A DNA stretch of 64,000 nucleotides from Clostridia bacterium (GCA_029068165.1 JAIEDA010000009.1:521-64520); one strand, 5' to 3'; positions 47,039 through 57,530 are shown, counted from the stretch's first letter. A program made the numbers and translations. Notes: generated from the sequence alone by a model not told the origin.

Positions 47039-48295
47039 ATGAACGTACTTGTAATAGGAAGCGGCGGAAGGGAGCACACGATATGTTGGTCGCTCTCCAA
47101 AAGTCCCAAAGTTGACAAAATATACTGTTTGCCCGGCAACGGCGGAATAAGCGAGATTGCCGAATGCGTACCGATTGGCGTAATGGACTTTGACGCTATA
47201 GTCGATTTCGTCGATACGCACAAGGATATAGAGTTGACCGTAGTAGCGCCCGACGATCCTTTGGCTGCGGGTTTGGTCGACAGGCTCGAGGCAAAAGGGC
47301 ATAGAGCGTTTGGACCTAGAGCCAACGCGGCTATTATCGAGGCGAGCAAGGCTTTTTCCAAATACCTTATGAAAAAGTACGGCATACCTACTGCCGACTA
47401 CGAAGAGTTCAGCGATTACGAAAATGCAATCAAGTATTTAGCAAAGGCAAAGTATCCTTTGGTAGTCAAAGCGGACGGTCTTGCTTTGGGCAAGGGCGTA
47501 ATAATTTGCAACACCGTTGAAGAGGGATTGCAAGCCGCTAAAGATATGATGTTGGACGGAAAGTTTAAAGACGCGGGTAAGACTGTTATCGTAGAGGAGT
47601 TTATGACCGGTCAAGAGGTGTCGATACTCTCGTTTTGCGACGGCAAAACTATAATCCCTATGGTCAACGCTAGAGATCACAAGAGAGCGTACGACAACGA
47701 CGAGGGACTCAACACGGGCGGAATGGGTACGTTCTCGCCGTCGGCAATCTATACTCCCGAGGTAGAGAAACAAGTTGTGAACGAAATTATCTTGCCGACT
47801 GTAAAAGCTATGAACGAAGAGGGCAGGACGTTCAAGGGCGTACTGTATTTCGGTCTAATGCTGACTGCAAGCGGCGCAAAAGTCGTAGAGTACAACGCTC
47901 GCTTCGGCGATCCCGAAACGCAAGTGGTTTTGCCAAGACTCAAGACCGATTTGCTTGATATTTTCAACGCGGTAGTCGACGGAACGCTCGATAAGGTAAA
48001 AATAGAGTGGACTGACGACGCGTGCGTATGCGTAGTTATGGCAAGCGGCGGTTATCCCGAGAGTTACGAAAAGGGCAAGGAAATCAAGATAGGCAATATT
48101 GACAAAGATATACTTCTTTTCCACGCGGGTACTAAAGTCGAAAACGGCAAACTCCTGACCAACGGCGGAAGAGTACTAGGCGTTACTGCGCTTGGCAAGG
48201 ATATTGCCGACGCTAGAGCTAAGGCGTACGCAAACGTCAAGAAGATTGCTTTTGACGGCGCGTTCTTTAGGTCGGATATAGGAATTAAAAAATAA
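47039..48295 (+). CDS. purD: GAR synthetase
   Basis: MNVLVIGSGGREH, VVKADGLALGKGV and EYNARFGDPE. Confidence 0.95.
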   Translation: MNVLVIGSGGREHTICWSLSKSPKVDKIYCLPGNGGISEIAECVPIGVMDFDAIVDFVDTHKDIELTVVAPDDPLAAGLVDRLEAKGHRAFGPRANAAIIEASKAFSKYLMKKYGIPTADYEEFSDYENAIKYLAKAKYPLVVKADGLALGKGVIICNTVEEGLQAAKDMMLDGKFKDAGKTVIVEEFMTGQEVSILSFCDGKTIIPMVNARDHKRAYDNDEGLNTGGMGTFSPSAIYTPEVEKQVVNEIILPTVKAMNEEGRTFKGVLYFGLMLTASGAKVVEYNARFGDPETQVVLPRLKTDLLDIFNAVVDGTLDKVKIEWTDDACVCVVMASGGYPESYEKGKEIKIGNIDKDILLFHAGTKVENGKLLTNGGRVLGVTALGKDIADARAKAYANVKKIAFDGAFFRSDIGIKK

Positions 48296-48381
48296 GCCGC
48301 GATAGAAAGAGATAATAGTTTGTAAGTTACAAACGGTATATACGATATATAATATAGATAAATATAATAAGGAATAGAGCA

Positions 48382-51300
48382 ATGGTAAAGAGAATTTTCG
48401 TAGAAAAGAAAGAGGGATACGACGTATCCGCAAAGAAACTCGCTCAAGATATCAAAAACGTACTTTCGATAGACGCCGAGCGCGTACGCGAATTTATACG
48501 TTACGATATAGAGAATATTGAAGAGAGCGTTTACGATAGCGCAAAGACGACTATTTTCAGCGAACAGCCCGTGGACGACCTTTTTGAGGTTTTGCCTGAT
48601 TTGAGCGGATACAAACTGCTCGTAGTCGAGTATCTTCCCGGACAGTACGACCAAAGGGCGGACAGCGCAATGCAGTGCGTTCAGCTTTTGTCGATGTCCG
48701 AAAGACCGCTTATCAAGTGCGCGAAATTGTACGCGGTTAAGGGCGTGAGCGAAAGCGATTTTGCAAAGATTAAGAAGTACGTCATCAATCCTGTCGAAAG
48801 CCGCGAGGGAAGTATGGAAATTCCCGCTACGCTCATTCAGGAAGTAGAGCAAAATCTCACCGTTCCGACTATCGACGGCTTTATCAAAATGAGCGACGAT
48901 GAAATAATCGCTTATCACAAAAAGGTAGGTTTTGCAATGAGCGAAAGCGACTTGCTCTTTGTTCGCGACTATTTCAAGGGCGAGGATAGAAATCCAACCG
49001 AGAGCGAGATAAAAGTAATCGACACGTATTGGTCGGACCATTGCAGGCACACGACTTTTGCGACCGAATTGACGAAAATCAACGTGGACAGCAACAACGC
49101 GCACGTGGAGAAAGCCTTGAAGCTTTATAGAGATTTGTTTGATGAGTTCAACGCAAAGAGAGAGGACAAATATCCTTGTCTTATGGATATTGCAACAATA
49201 GCGGTCAAGAAGCTCAAAAAGCTTGGCAAGCTTGACAACTTAGACACCAGCGACGAGATAAACGCTTGCTCGGTCGAAGTCGACGTCGACAACGACGGTA
49301 AGATAGAGAAGTGGCTTATTATGTTTAAGAACGAAACTCACAACCACCCGACGGAGATAGAGCCTTTCGGCGGCGCGGCTACCTGCTTAGGCGGCGCGAT
49401 AAGAGATCCGCTCTCAGGCAGGACGTACGTTTATCAAGCTATGCGCGTAACCGGTTCAGCTGACCCGACCGCGGATATATCGACTACGCTCAAAGGCAAG
49501 TTGCCGCAAAGAGTTATCACCAAGACTGCGGCGGCGGGCTATTCAAGCTACGGCAACCAAATAGGTCTTGCCACCGGATTGGTTGCGGAAATGTACCACG
49601 AAAACTATAAGGCAAAGAGATTGGAAACCGGCTACGTGATCGCAGGCGCGCCAAAGGAAAACGTAGTAAGAAGAAAACCCGTAAAGGGCGATATTATAGT
49701 GCTTCTCGGCGGCGAAACGGGACGCGACGGTTGCGGCGGAGCAACGGGTTCCTCCAAAGCGCATACTGAAAAATCAGTAGAAGTTTGCGGCGCGGAAGTA
49801 CAAAAGGGCAATCCGCCTACCGAAAGGAAGATACAAAGACTTTTCAGGAACAAAGCGGTGTCTACGCTTATCGTCAAGTGCAACGACTTCGGCGCGGGCG
49901 GCGTGAGCGTTGCTATAGGCGAGCTTGCCGACAGCTTGGATATTTACTTGGATAAAGTTCCCAAAAAGTACGAGGGATTGAGCGGAACGGAACTGGCTAT
50001 TTCCGAATCGCAAGAGAGAATGGCTGTCGTGCTCGATAAAAAGGACGTAGATAAATTTATTGAATACGCTAAGGACGAAAATCTCCTTGCGACCGCGGTT
50101 GCCGAAGTTACTGACAACGGTAGAATGAGAATGTTCTACGCGGGCAACTGCATAGTAGATTTGAAGAGGAAGTTCCTCGATACCAACGGCGTAAAGCAAA
50201 CGCAAGAGGCGAATATCAAAGACGACGTCACCAACTATATGAATGCTGTCGACAAGAAGTCGCAAGAATATTTCGACAAGGGCGAGTTTGACAAAGCCGT
50301 ACTCAACGAATTGTCAAGACTCAACGTATGCTCCACAAAAGGACTTGGAGAAACTTTTGACGGCACGATCGGCGCGGCAAGCGTGTTGATGCCGTTTGGC
50401 GGAAAGTATCAGCTTACTCCTGCTATCGCAATGGCGAGCAAACCGCCGGTGTCGGGGCATACCGATACCGCAACGGTATCCACTTACGGCTGTTCGCCTC
50501 AGCTTATGAGCGCGTCGCCGTTTACGGGAGCTATATATTCAATACTTTTGTCGCTATCCAAACAAGTTGCTTGCGGAGTATCTATAGACACGGTAAGACT
50601 TTCGCTTCAAGAGTATTTCAAGAGGCTCAACAAGGATGCGGATAGGTGGGGGCAGCCTTTGGCGGCGCTGCTTGGAGCGTTGTACGCTCAAATCGGTTTC
50701 GGCGTGGGAGCTATAGGCGGAAAAGACAGTATGAGCGGTACTTTCGAGAATATCGACGTGCCTCCGACTTTGATTTCATTCGCTATGGGTATTGGCAAGG
50801 CGAGCAAGATAATTACCAACGCGTTCGCCGAAAATATGGGAGCTAAGGAAATTTATCGCGTAGCTATCCCAAAAGACGGCGACAATATTCCCGATTTTGC
50901 TAAGACGCTCAAACTATACGAGGCTATCGTCAAGTCTATAAACGACGGCAAAATCAAAGCTTGTAACGTAGTTGAAGAGGGCGGCGTGATTGCAAGCGTA
51001 TTCAAAGCTTGTATGGGCAATAAGCTCGGTACGAGTTGGAACGATTTGTCCGTAGATATGCTTAGCGCGCAGTTCGGCGATTTCGTAATACTTGCCGACG
51101 ATATAAGCGGCTTGAAAGGTTTCGACGTGGAAAAGGTAGCCGAGCTAAACGGTACTTATACCGCCGATTTGTGCGGAGTAGAGCTGAAAATGCAAGACGC
51201 GGTAAACGCTTTTGAAAGCAAGCTTGATCAAGTATTCCCGACGACCGCGCCTGCAAGCGGCGAGGTAAAGAACCTTATATGCTGCGCTAGGAAAGTGGAT

Positions 51301-52119
51301 AAAGCTCCTAGAAATATCGTTAAGCCGAGAGTATTTATCCCCGTTTTCCCAGGCACCAACTGCGAATACGATACCGCTCGCGCGTTTGAAAGAGCGGGAG
51401 CTAAAGCCAACGTATTGATAATCAAAAACCAAACTTCCGAGGACATCGAGCAGTCGGCAAAGGCAATAGTTAGGGCTTTGCAGGAGAGCCAAATCATTGC
51501 GTTCCCGGGAGGATTCAGCGGCGGCGACGAACCAGACGGAAGCGGCAAGTTTATCGCTACTACGTTCAAAAACCCACGCATTGCCGAACAGGTTATGAAG
51601 CTCTTATACGAGCGCGACGGCTTGGCTTTGGGTATTTGCAACGGTTTCCAAGCTCTTATCAAGTTAGGTCTAGTGCCTTACGGCGATATAAGAGAGCAAA
51701 AGAGCCAAGCTCCTACTTTGACTTTCAACAACATATCCCGTCACGTTTCTACTATCGTAAACGTAAGAGTTGCGACCAACAAGTCGCCTTGGCTTAACAA
51801 AGTAAAAGTAGACGACGTATTCTCCGTGCCTGTAAGTCACGGCGAGGGTAGGTTCGTAGCAAGCGCCGAAGAGTTGGATAAGATAATCAAGGGCGGTCAA
51901 GTTGCTACGCAGTACGTGGATATGACAGGTAGCGCGACAATGAAATCGCCGTTCAATCCCAACGGAAGCGCCTACGCTATCGAGGGTATTATTTCTCCCG
52001 ACGGAAGAGTACTCGGAAAGATGGGACACAGCGAGCGTATCGACGACAATCTTTATAAGAACGTCGAAGGCAACTACGATATGAAGATATTTGAAAGCGG
52101 CGTAGAGTATTTTAAATAA
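48382..52119 (+). CDS. purL: phosphoribosylformylglycinamidine synthase, single-chain large form (synthetase + glutaminase)
   Basis: 1245 aa. ETHNHPTEIEPFGGAATC, and a C-terminal glutaminase domain with GICNGFQ and HGEGRF. Confidence 0.93.
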   Translation: MVKRIFVEKKEGYDVSAKKLAQDIKNVLSIDAERVREFIRYDIENIEESVYDSAKTTIFSEQPVDDLFEVLPDLSGYKLLVVEYLPGQYDQRADSAMQCVQLLSMSERPLIKCAKLYAVKGVSESDFAKIKKYVINPVESREGSMEIPATLIQEVEQNLTVPTIDGFIKMSDDEIIAYHKKVGFAMSESDLLFVRDYFKGEDRNPTESEIKVIDTYWSDHCRHTTFATELTKINVDSNNAHVEKALKLYRDLFDEFNAKREDKYPCLMDIATIAVKKLKKLGKLDNLDTSDEINACSVEVDVDNDGKIEKWLIMFKNETHNHPTEIEPFGGAATCLGGAIRDPLSGRTYVYQAMRVTGSADPTADISTTLKGKLPQRVITKTAAAGYSSYGNQIGLATGLVAEMYHENYKAKRLETGYVIAGAPKENVVRRKPVKGDIIVLLGGETGRDGCGGATGSSKAHTEKSVEVCGAEVQKGNPPTERKIQRLFRNKAVSTLIVKCNDFGAGGVSVAIGELADSLDIYLDKVPKKYEGLSGTELAISESQERMAVVLDKKDVDKFIEYAKDENLLATAVAEVTDNGRMRMFYAGNCIVDLKRKFLDTNGVKQTQEANIKDDVTNYMNAVDKKSQEYFDKGEFDKAVLNELSRLNVCSTKGLGETFDGTIGAASVLMPFGGKYQLTPAIAMASKPPVSGHTDTATVSTYGCSPQLMSASPFTGAIYSILLSLSKQVACGVSIDTVRLSLQEYFKRLNKDADRWGQPLAALLGALYAQIGFGVGAIGGKDSMSGTFENIDVPPTLISFAMGIGKASKIITNAFAENMGAKEIYRVAIPKDGDNIPDFAKTLKLYEAIVKSINDGKIKACNVVEEGGVIASVFKACMGNKLGTSWNDLSVDMLSAQFGDFVILADDISGLKGFDVEKVAELNGTYTADLCGVELKMQDAVNAFESKLDQVFPTTAPASGEVKNLICCARKVDKAPRNIVKPRVFIPVFPGTNCEYDTARAFERAGAKANVLIIKNQTSEDIEQSAKAIVRALQESQIIAFPGGFSGGDEPDGSGKFIATTFKNPRIAEQVMKLLYERDGLALGICNGFQALIKLGLVPYGDIREQKSQAPTLTFNNISRHVSTIVNVRVATNKSPWLNKVKVDDVFSVPVSHGEGRFVASAEELDKIIKGGQVATQYVDMTGSATMKSPFNPNGSAYAIEGIISPDGRVLGKMGHSERIDDNLYKNVEGNYDMKIFESGVEYFK

Positions 52120-52209
52120 TCAATATAAGTAAAACAATGCGTACGGCGAGAAGCGGTAAAACGAAAAATCGCTATACGCATTTTATCTAAACGGGGAAAA
52201 GAGGGAGCA

Positions 52210-54207
52210 ATGGCATTTTTACCGATCACAAGCGAAGAAGTTGGCGGCAGGCAAGTCGATATCGTTTACGTTATCGGCGAAGCGTACGTCGATCATCCGT
52301 CGTTCGGGCACGCTATCGTGTCTAGGCTTTTGCAATCGCTCGGCTTTGACGTAGCTATAATTCCCCAACCGCAAAACGATAAAGACTATATGCGTTTCGG
52401 CGTTCCTAAGTACGGTTTTATGGTGTCTAGCGGAGTTGTCGACAGTATGGTCAACAACTATACCGTAGCCAAAATTCGCCGCAGCCGCGACGTGTACAGC
52501 GAGGGCGGAGAAGTCGGCAAACGTCCCGATAGATGCGTTGACGTGTATTGTAATAATCTCAAACGGCTTTATCCCGACGCGCCAATCGTTGTCGGCGGTA
52601 TCGAAGCCTCGTTGCGTAGGTTCGCGCACTACGACTATTGGAAAGACTGCGTACTTCCAAGTATTTTGGTTTCGTCCAAAGCCGATTTGCTTATCTACGG
52701 AATGGGCGAAAAACCTATTAAAGAGATTTTTGCTTTGGTCACAAAAGGCGTGCCGCTTGACAAGATTCGCGACGTAAGAGGGACTTGCTATTTGGAGGAG
52801 TTTGATAAGCTTTCGGCAAAACTCAAAAAGGGTATAGACGAGCATAGCGTTGACTTTTCGCCGTCGTACGAGCAGGTCAAGTCGGACAAACTTCAGTACG
52901 CGCAAGCTTTCAAAATGCAGTACGCAAACAACGACCCGTATCACGGCCGAACGCTGTTGCAAAAGCACGGCGATAAGTACGTAGTCCAAAATCCTATGCA
53001 GTATCCGCTGTCCGTTGCCGAAATGGACGAAGTGTATTCTTTGCCGTATGAGAGAACTTATCATCCGTCGTATACTAAGGGCGTGCCGGCGATAGAGGAA
53101 GTCAAGTTTTCGCTCACTTCGGTAAGAGGCTGTTTTGGCGCGTGCAACTATTGCGCGATAGCATTTCATCAAGGAAGAATCGTTCAAAAACGCAGCAAAG
53201 AGAGTATAGTAACTGAAGCAAAGCTACTGGTCGAAGATAAAGACTTCAAAGGATATATCCACGACGTGGGCGGACCTACCGCCAACTTTAGAGATACCGC
53301 TTGCAAAAAGCAAAATACTCAAGGCGTGTGCAAGGATAAGTCTTGTATAGGATATAAGCCTTGTCCCGCATTGCAAGTCGACCACGGGGAGTATTTGGAT
53401 TTGCTTAGAACGCTTAGGCAAATCGAGGGAATAAAGAAAGTATTTATCCGTTCGGGCATAAGATTTGACTACGTGCTTTACGATAAGAATCCCGAATTTT
53501 TGCGCGAGCTTATAAAACACCACGTTAGCGGTCAGCTGAAAGTCGCGCCTGAGCATATCAGCGACAGGGTTTTAGAAGCGATGAATAAACCGTCTTTCGA
53601 CGTGTATTTGAAGTTTAAGGCAAAGTATGACGAGATAAACCAAAAGCTTGGGAAGAAACAGTATCTCGTACCTTACTTGATTTCTTCGCATCCTGCCTGT
53701 ACGCTCGACGACGCTATAAGACTTGCGCAGTACCTCAAGTCCATAGGATATATGCCCGAGCAAGTTCAGGACTTCTATCCTACGCCGTCGACAAAGTCAA
53801 CCTGTATGTACTATACGGAGATAAACCCCGACACGATGAAGCCCGTATACGTAGCTAAGACCAAAAAGGAAAAGACTTTTCAACGCGCGCTGATGCAGTA
53901 TAGAAAGAAGAGTAATTACGAGATAATTAGGCAAGCGCTAATCGAAGCGGGGCGGGAAGATTTGATAGGCTTTTCCGAAGATTGTCTTATAAAGCCGACC
54001 AAAGACCAAGCTATAGCCGCTAAAATAAATACGGCAAAATCTGGCGCAAATCGAAAAAGCGCGAAGTTCGGTAAGGAAGAAAGGGGCGGAAGGAAGACGA
54101 CGAGCGGCAAGAAAGCCACCGCAGGAAACGGCTCAAAAAAGTCCGCCGCGCATAGAGAAAACGGCAAACCGCGCAACGAAAAACCTAAGCGGGGAGAAAG
54201 AAGATGA
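52210..54207 (+). CDS. ygiQ: YgiQ-family radical SAM protein (UPF0313) with K/R-rich C-terminal tail
   Basis: MAFLPIT...DIVYVIGEAYVDHPSFGHAIVSRLL, radical SAM CNYCAIAFHQG, and a last ~60 aa rich in K/R/G. Confidence 0.85.
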   Translation: MAFLPITSEEVGGRQVDIVYVIGEAYVDHPSFGHAIVSRLLQSLGFDVAIIPQPQNDKDYMRFGVPKYGFMVSSGVVDSMVNNYTVAKIRRSRDVYSEGGEVGKRPDRCVDVYCNNLKRLYPDAPIVVGGIEASLRRFAHYDYWKDCVLPSILVSSKADLLIYGMGEKPIKEIFALVTKGVPLDKIRDVRGTCYLEEFDKLSAKLKKGIDEHSVDFSPSYEQVKSDKLQYAQAFKMQYANNDPYHGRTLLQKHGDKYVVQNPMQYPLSVAEMDEVYSLPYERTYHPSYTKGVPAIEEVKFSLTSVRGCFGACNYCAIAFHQGRIVQKRSKESIVTEAKLLVEDKDFKGYIHDVGGPTANFRDTACKKQNTQGVCKDKSCIGYKPCPALQVDHGEYLDLLRTLRQIEGIKKVFIRSGIRFDYVLYDKNPEFLRELIKHHVSGQLKVAPEHISDRVLEAMNKPSFDVYLKFKAKYDEINQKLGKKQYLVPYLISSHPACTLDDAIRLAQYLKSIGYMPEQVQDFYPTPSTKSTCMYYTEINPDTMKPVYVAKTKKEKTFQRALMQYRKKSNYEIIRQALIEAGREDLIGFSEDCLIKPTKDQAIAAKINTAKSGANRKSAKFGKEERGGRKTTSGKKATAGNGSKKSAAHRENGKPRNEKPKRGERR

Positions 54208-54824
54208 GGATTACGGATATAACGCTTCAGTCCAAGAATATCGATAGGGCAAATCTCTTCGTGGACGGCAAGTTTTATTCGGGAGTAAGCCGCGTTGCGA
54301 TCTATAATCACAAGTTGGAAGTCGGAAAGGAAATCGATCAAGCCGAACTTGATAAGGTTATCTTCGACAGCGACAAGGACAAGGCTTTCGATTACGCGCT
54401 CACGTATATAAGCAAATATACGCCTACTGAGAAGGGGTTGAAAGACAAACTCTACGAAAAGGGTTACGGCAAGCTTATAGTCGAATACACAGTCGATAAG
54501 TGCAAGAAGTACGGTTATATAAACGACGCGGAGTACGCGCGTTCATATATAGCGTTCAACTCTAGCGTCAAAGGCAAGATACGTATCAAAAACGAACTGA
54601 AAGCCAAGGGGATAGCCGATAGCATAATCGACGAACAGCTTTCTAAAATGCAACCCAACGATTCTTGTAGTCAGCTTGCAAAAAAGAAGAGCGACGGAAT
54701 GGACGTCAACGACCCAAAGAATAGGGCAAAGCTGATTAGGTTTTTGCAATACAGGGGCTACGAGTGGGAAGACATCTCTCAAGCTTTGGCAACTTTGAAA
54801 ATCGTAGACGACGATTTTAGTTGA
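54204..54824 (+). CDS. recX: RecX family regulatory protein
   Basis: Three-repeat helical pattern (ALTYISKYTPTEKGLKDKLYEKGY...KCKKYGYINDAEYARSY...IKNELKAKGI). ATGA overlap with the ygiQ stop. Confidence 0.8.
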   Translation: MRITDITLQSKNIDRANLFVDGKFYSGVSRVAIYNHKLEVGKEIDQAELDKVIFDSDKDKAFDYALTYISKYTPTEKGLKDKLYEKGYGKLIVEYTVDKCKKYGYINDAEYARSYIAFNSSVKGKIRIKNELKAKGIADSIIDEQLSKMQPNDSCSQLAKKKSDGMDVNDPKNRAKLIRFLQYRGYEWEDISQALATLKIVDDDFS

Positions 54825-54919
54825 GGACATTATATATAAAGCGTGTTGTTATTAGAATTATCTATTTGATAAAAATAGGCTAAGCCGCATTATCATAGTA
54901 AAGAGAAATAGGAGAGGAT

Positions 54920-56398
54920 ATGAAAATTGCGTTGACTACCGCTGAAATGGCGTATTGCGATAAGATGACGATAGAAAGCGGAACGCCTTCGCTCGAGCTT
55001 ATGCTGAGGGTGGCGAAAGCCGTCTATTCTTCTATCCGTTGGCAGGGCAAGATTTATATAATATGCGGCAAGGGTAATAACGGCGGCGACGGCTTGGCGT
55101 TAGCAAACGTAATGCTAGACGACGGCGTAACTCCGAGAGTTTTTCTAATCGGCGAAACTTCGGCTGACGGCAGGTATTATCTTGATAAGCTTATCGCTAA
55201 AGGCGGCAGGGGTGAGGATATATCGAAGTGCGATTACGATTGCGATATCTTGGTCGACTGTATTTTCGGGACGGGTTTTAAGGGCGCGCCCAAGCAAAAC
55301 TACGCCGACGTTATAAAAAGGATAAACGAAAGCTCCGCGTATAAAGTCAGCGTTGATATACCCAGCGGACTTGACGGCGACAGCGGAAAATACGAAGTAT
55401 GCGTAAAGGCTGACGAAACGATAACCGTTCAATATCCCAAAGTCGGACTTTATCTCAACGACGGCAAAGATATCACGGGCAAGTTGAGCGTAATAGACGT
55501 AGGGATAGGACTGTATGCGCAAGGAGTAAACGTCGTTGAGCAAGAAGACTTAGCTGAGTTGTTTCCAAAACGCAAAGGCAATACGCACAAGGGCAGTTAT
55601 GGTAAGAGCGTTATTATAGGCGGCTGCAGTAATTATCTCGGCGCGGTCAAACTTGCAAACGCAGGCTTATGCGCGCTAAGGTGCGGCGGCGGATTGAATA
55701 CGGTGGTCGTGCCCAAAACGCACGCGGGAAATATCGCCAAAGCCGTTTGGGAAAGCACGGTAATCGGTTTGGACGACAAGGACGGCTATATATCGTTCAA
55801 TAGAGAGCAAGTCGACAAAGCGATAAGCGGAGCAAGCTGCGTTGCGATTGGTATGGGCATAGGCGGCAGGTATGAAGAAACGCTTAAGATTATTGACTAC
55901 GTCTTGAAAAATTACGAAGGCAAAGTTTTGCTAGACGCGGACGGACTTAACGCGCTAGCCAAGGACGTTAGCGTATTAAAGGGAGCGAAATCCGACGTCA
56001 TACTTACGCCGCACGTAAAAGAGATGTCGAGGTTGAGTTCTACGTCCTTAGAGGAAGTTGTCAACGACCCGATAAAAGCCGCGAAGTCTTTTGCAAAAGA
56101 GTACAAAGTCGCTGTTTTGCTCAAAGGCTCTAGTACGGTCGTGACGGACGGAGATAGCGTTTATCTTGTCGTCAACGGCGGGGCGGAACTGTCCAAAGGC
56201 GGAAGCGGCGATACGTTGAGCGGAGTAATTTTAGGTATGCTCTCGCAAGGCAACGGGGTTTTAGCCGGCGCGTACGCTGCGGCTTACTTGACGGCAAAGG
56301 TCGCAAAAGATTTGCGCGAGGAATTTAGCGAATACGGCGTTTTACCAAGCGACGTATCGAGAGAGATAGCAAGAATAATCAAAGACGGAAAATTATAA
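54920..56398 (+). CDS. nnr: bifunctional NAD(P)H-hydrate epimerase / ADP-dependent dehydratase
   Basis: N-terminal YjeF_N (CGKGNNGGDG) and a C-terminal carbohydrate-kinase-like domain (HKGSYG, GGSGDTLSG). Confidence 0.9.
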   Translation: MKIALTTAEMAYCDKMTIESGTPSLELMLRVAKAVYSSIRWQGKIYIICGKGNNGGDGLALANVMLDDGVTPRVFLIGETSADGRYYLDKLIAKGGRGEDISKCDYDCDILVDCIFGTGFKGAPKQNYADVIKRINESSAYKVSVDIPSGLDGDSGKYEVCVKADETITVQYPKVGLYLNDGKDITGKLSVIDVGIGLYAQGVNVVEQEDLAELFPKRKGNTHKGSYGKSVIIGGCSNYLGAVKLANAGLCALRCGGGLNTVVVPKTHAGNIAKAVWESTVIGLDDKDGYISFNREQVDKAISGASCVAIGMGIGGRYEETLKIIDYVLKNYEGKVLLDADGLNALAKDVSVLKGAKSDVILTPHVKEMSRLSSTSLEEVVNDPIKAAKSFAKEYKVAVLLKGSSTVVTDGDSVYLVVNGGAELSKGGSGDTLSGVILGMLSQGNGVLAGAYAAAYLTAKVAKDLREEFSEYGVLPSDVSREIARIIKDGKL

Positions 56399-56418
56399 CA
56401 AGACAAGGAGAATAGAAA

Positions 56419-57051
56419 ATGAAAGTATTACTTATCAACGGAAGTTCAAATCAAAACGGCTGTACCAATAGAGCTTTGCAAGAGGTGGCGAAAACTTTGG
56501 CTGAAGAGGGTATCGAAAGCGAGATTTTTCAAATCGGCAACAAACCGATAAGAGATTGCATCGGCTGTATGCAGTGCGCTAAAACGCTCAAAAACAATAC
56601 CTGTATCTTTTCCGACGATATAGTCAACGAGCTGATTGCTAAGGCTAAAGACTGCGACGGATTTGTGTTCGGTACGCCGGTATATTACGCTCATCCGAGC
56701 GGTAGAATACTGTCGTTGTTGGATAGAGTATTTTATGCGGGTTCGAGAGTGTTTAAGCACAAACCTGCTTTCGCCGTAGCTAGCGCAAGAAGAGCGGGAA
56801 CGACGGCTTCTATCGACGTGCTTAACAAATACTTCACGATTGCGCAAATGCCTGTCGCTTCGTCAAGCTATTGGACTATGGTGCACGGTAATACCGCCGA
56901 GCAAGTCGAGCAAGACTTGGAAGGCTTGCAAACTATGCGTAATGGCGCAAGAAACCTCGCTTGGCTTATGAAGTGCATTGAGCTCGGTAAGAAAAACGGT
57001 GTAGACGTTCCTAAAAACGAGAGCGGAACGCGTACTAATTTTATTAGATAG
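56419..57051 (+). CDS. flavodoxin-like NAD(P)H-dependent FMN reductase family protein
   Basis: MKVLLINGSSNQNGCT...CIGCMQC...FGTPVYYAHPSG is typical of iron-sulfur-flavoprotein-like reductases. Confidence 0.75.
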   Translation: MKVLLINGSSNQNGCTNRALQEVAKTLAEEGIESEIFQIGNKPIRDCIGCMQCAKTLKNNTCIFSDDIVNELIAKAKDCDGFVFGTPVYYAHPSGRILSLLDRVFYAGSRVFKHKPAFAVASARRAGTTASIDVLNKYFTIAQMPVASSSYWTMVHGNTAEQVEQDLEGLQTMRNGARNLAWLMKCIELGKKNGVDVPKNESGTRTNFIR

Positions 57052-57152
57052 AGTTTATCCCCGTCATATTGAGCGTAGTAAAGTCGCAGTAGAAAAGTTT
57101 TTTGCTTATAAAAATTAATTAGTACTAAAGTACGGATTTGCGAATTGGTAAA

Positions 57153-57190
57153 AAAGAGGGAAGCGTTTTCGCGACCCTCTTTTGGTTTTT
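57153..57190. terminator. bidirectional terminator between the flavoprotein gene and mazF
   Basis: aaaaagaggg-aagcgttttcgcga-ccctcttttggttttt. A-run upstream and T-run downstream. Confidence 0.7.
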
Positions 57191-57530
57191 AATAGAACCC
57201 TAGGCTTATCATCAGCGCCTGATTTATCTTTTGCATCGTATTGATAGGCACTTCGCCTATTTTATCTTTTAATCGCTTTTTATCCAAAGTGCGGATTTGT
57301 TCAAGCAAAACGACGGAATCCTTTTGAAGTCCGTACTCTTTAGCCGATAGTTCGATATGGGTGGGCAACTTTGCCTTGTTTATTTGACTAGTTACGGCAG
57401 CCGCTATAATAGTCGGACTGTATTTATTTCCGACGTCGTTTTGCACTACGAGCACGGGACGGATTCCGCCTTGTTCGCTGCCTACAACCGGACTAAGGTC
57501 TGCGTAATAAAGTTCGCCTCTTTTTATCAT
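57189..57530 (-). CDS. mazF: MazF/EndoA (PemK family) mRNA interferase toxin
   Basis: [49 protein letters not shown]...PTHIEL...[23 protein letters not shown] before ATG 57530. The track start at 57542 is a GTG extension. Confidence 0.92.
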   Translation of the reverse strand: MIKRGELYYADLSPVVGSEQGGIRPVLVVQNDVGNKYSPTIIAAAVTSQINKAKLPTHIELSAKEYGLQKDSVVLLEQIRTLDKKRLKDKIGEVPINTMQKINQALMISLGFY

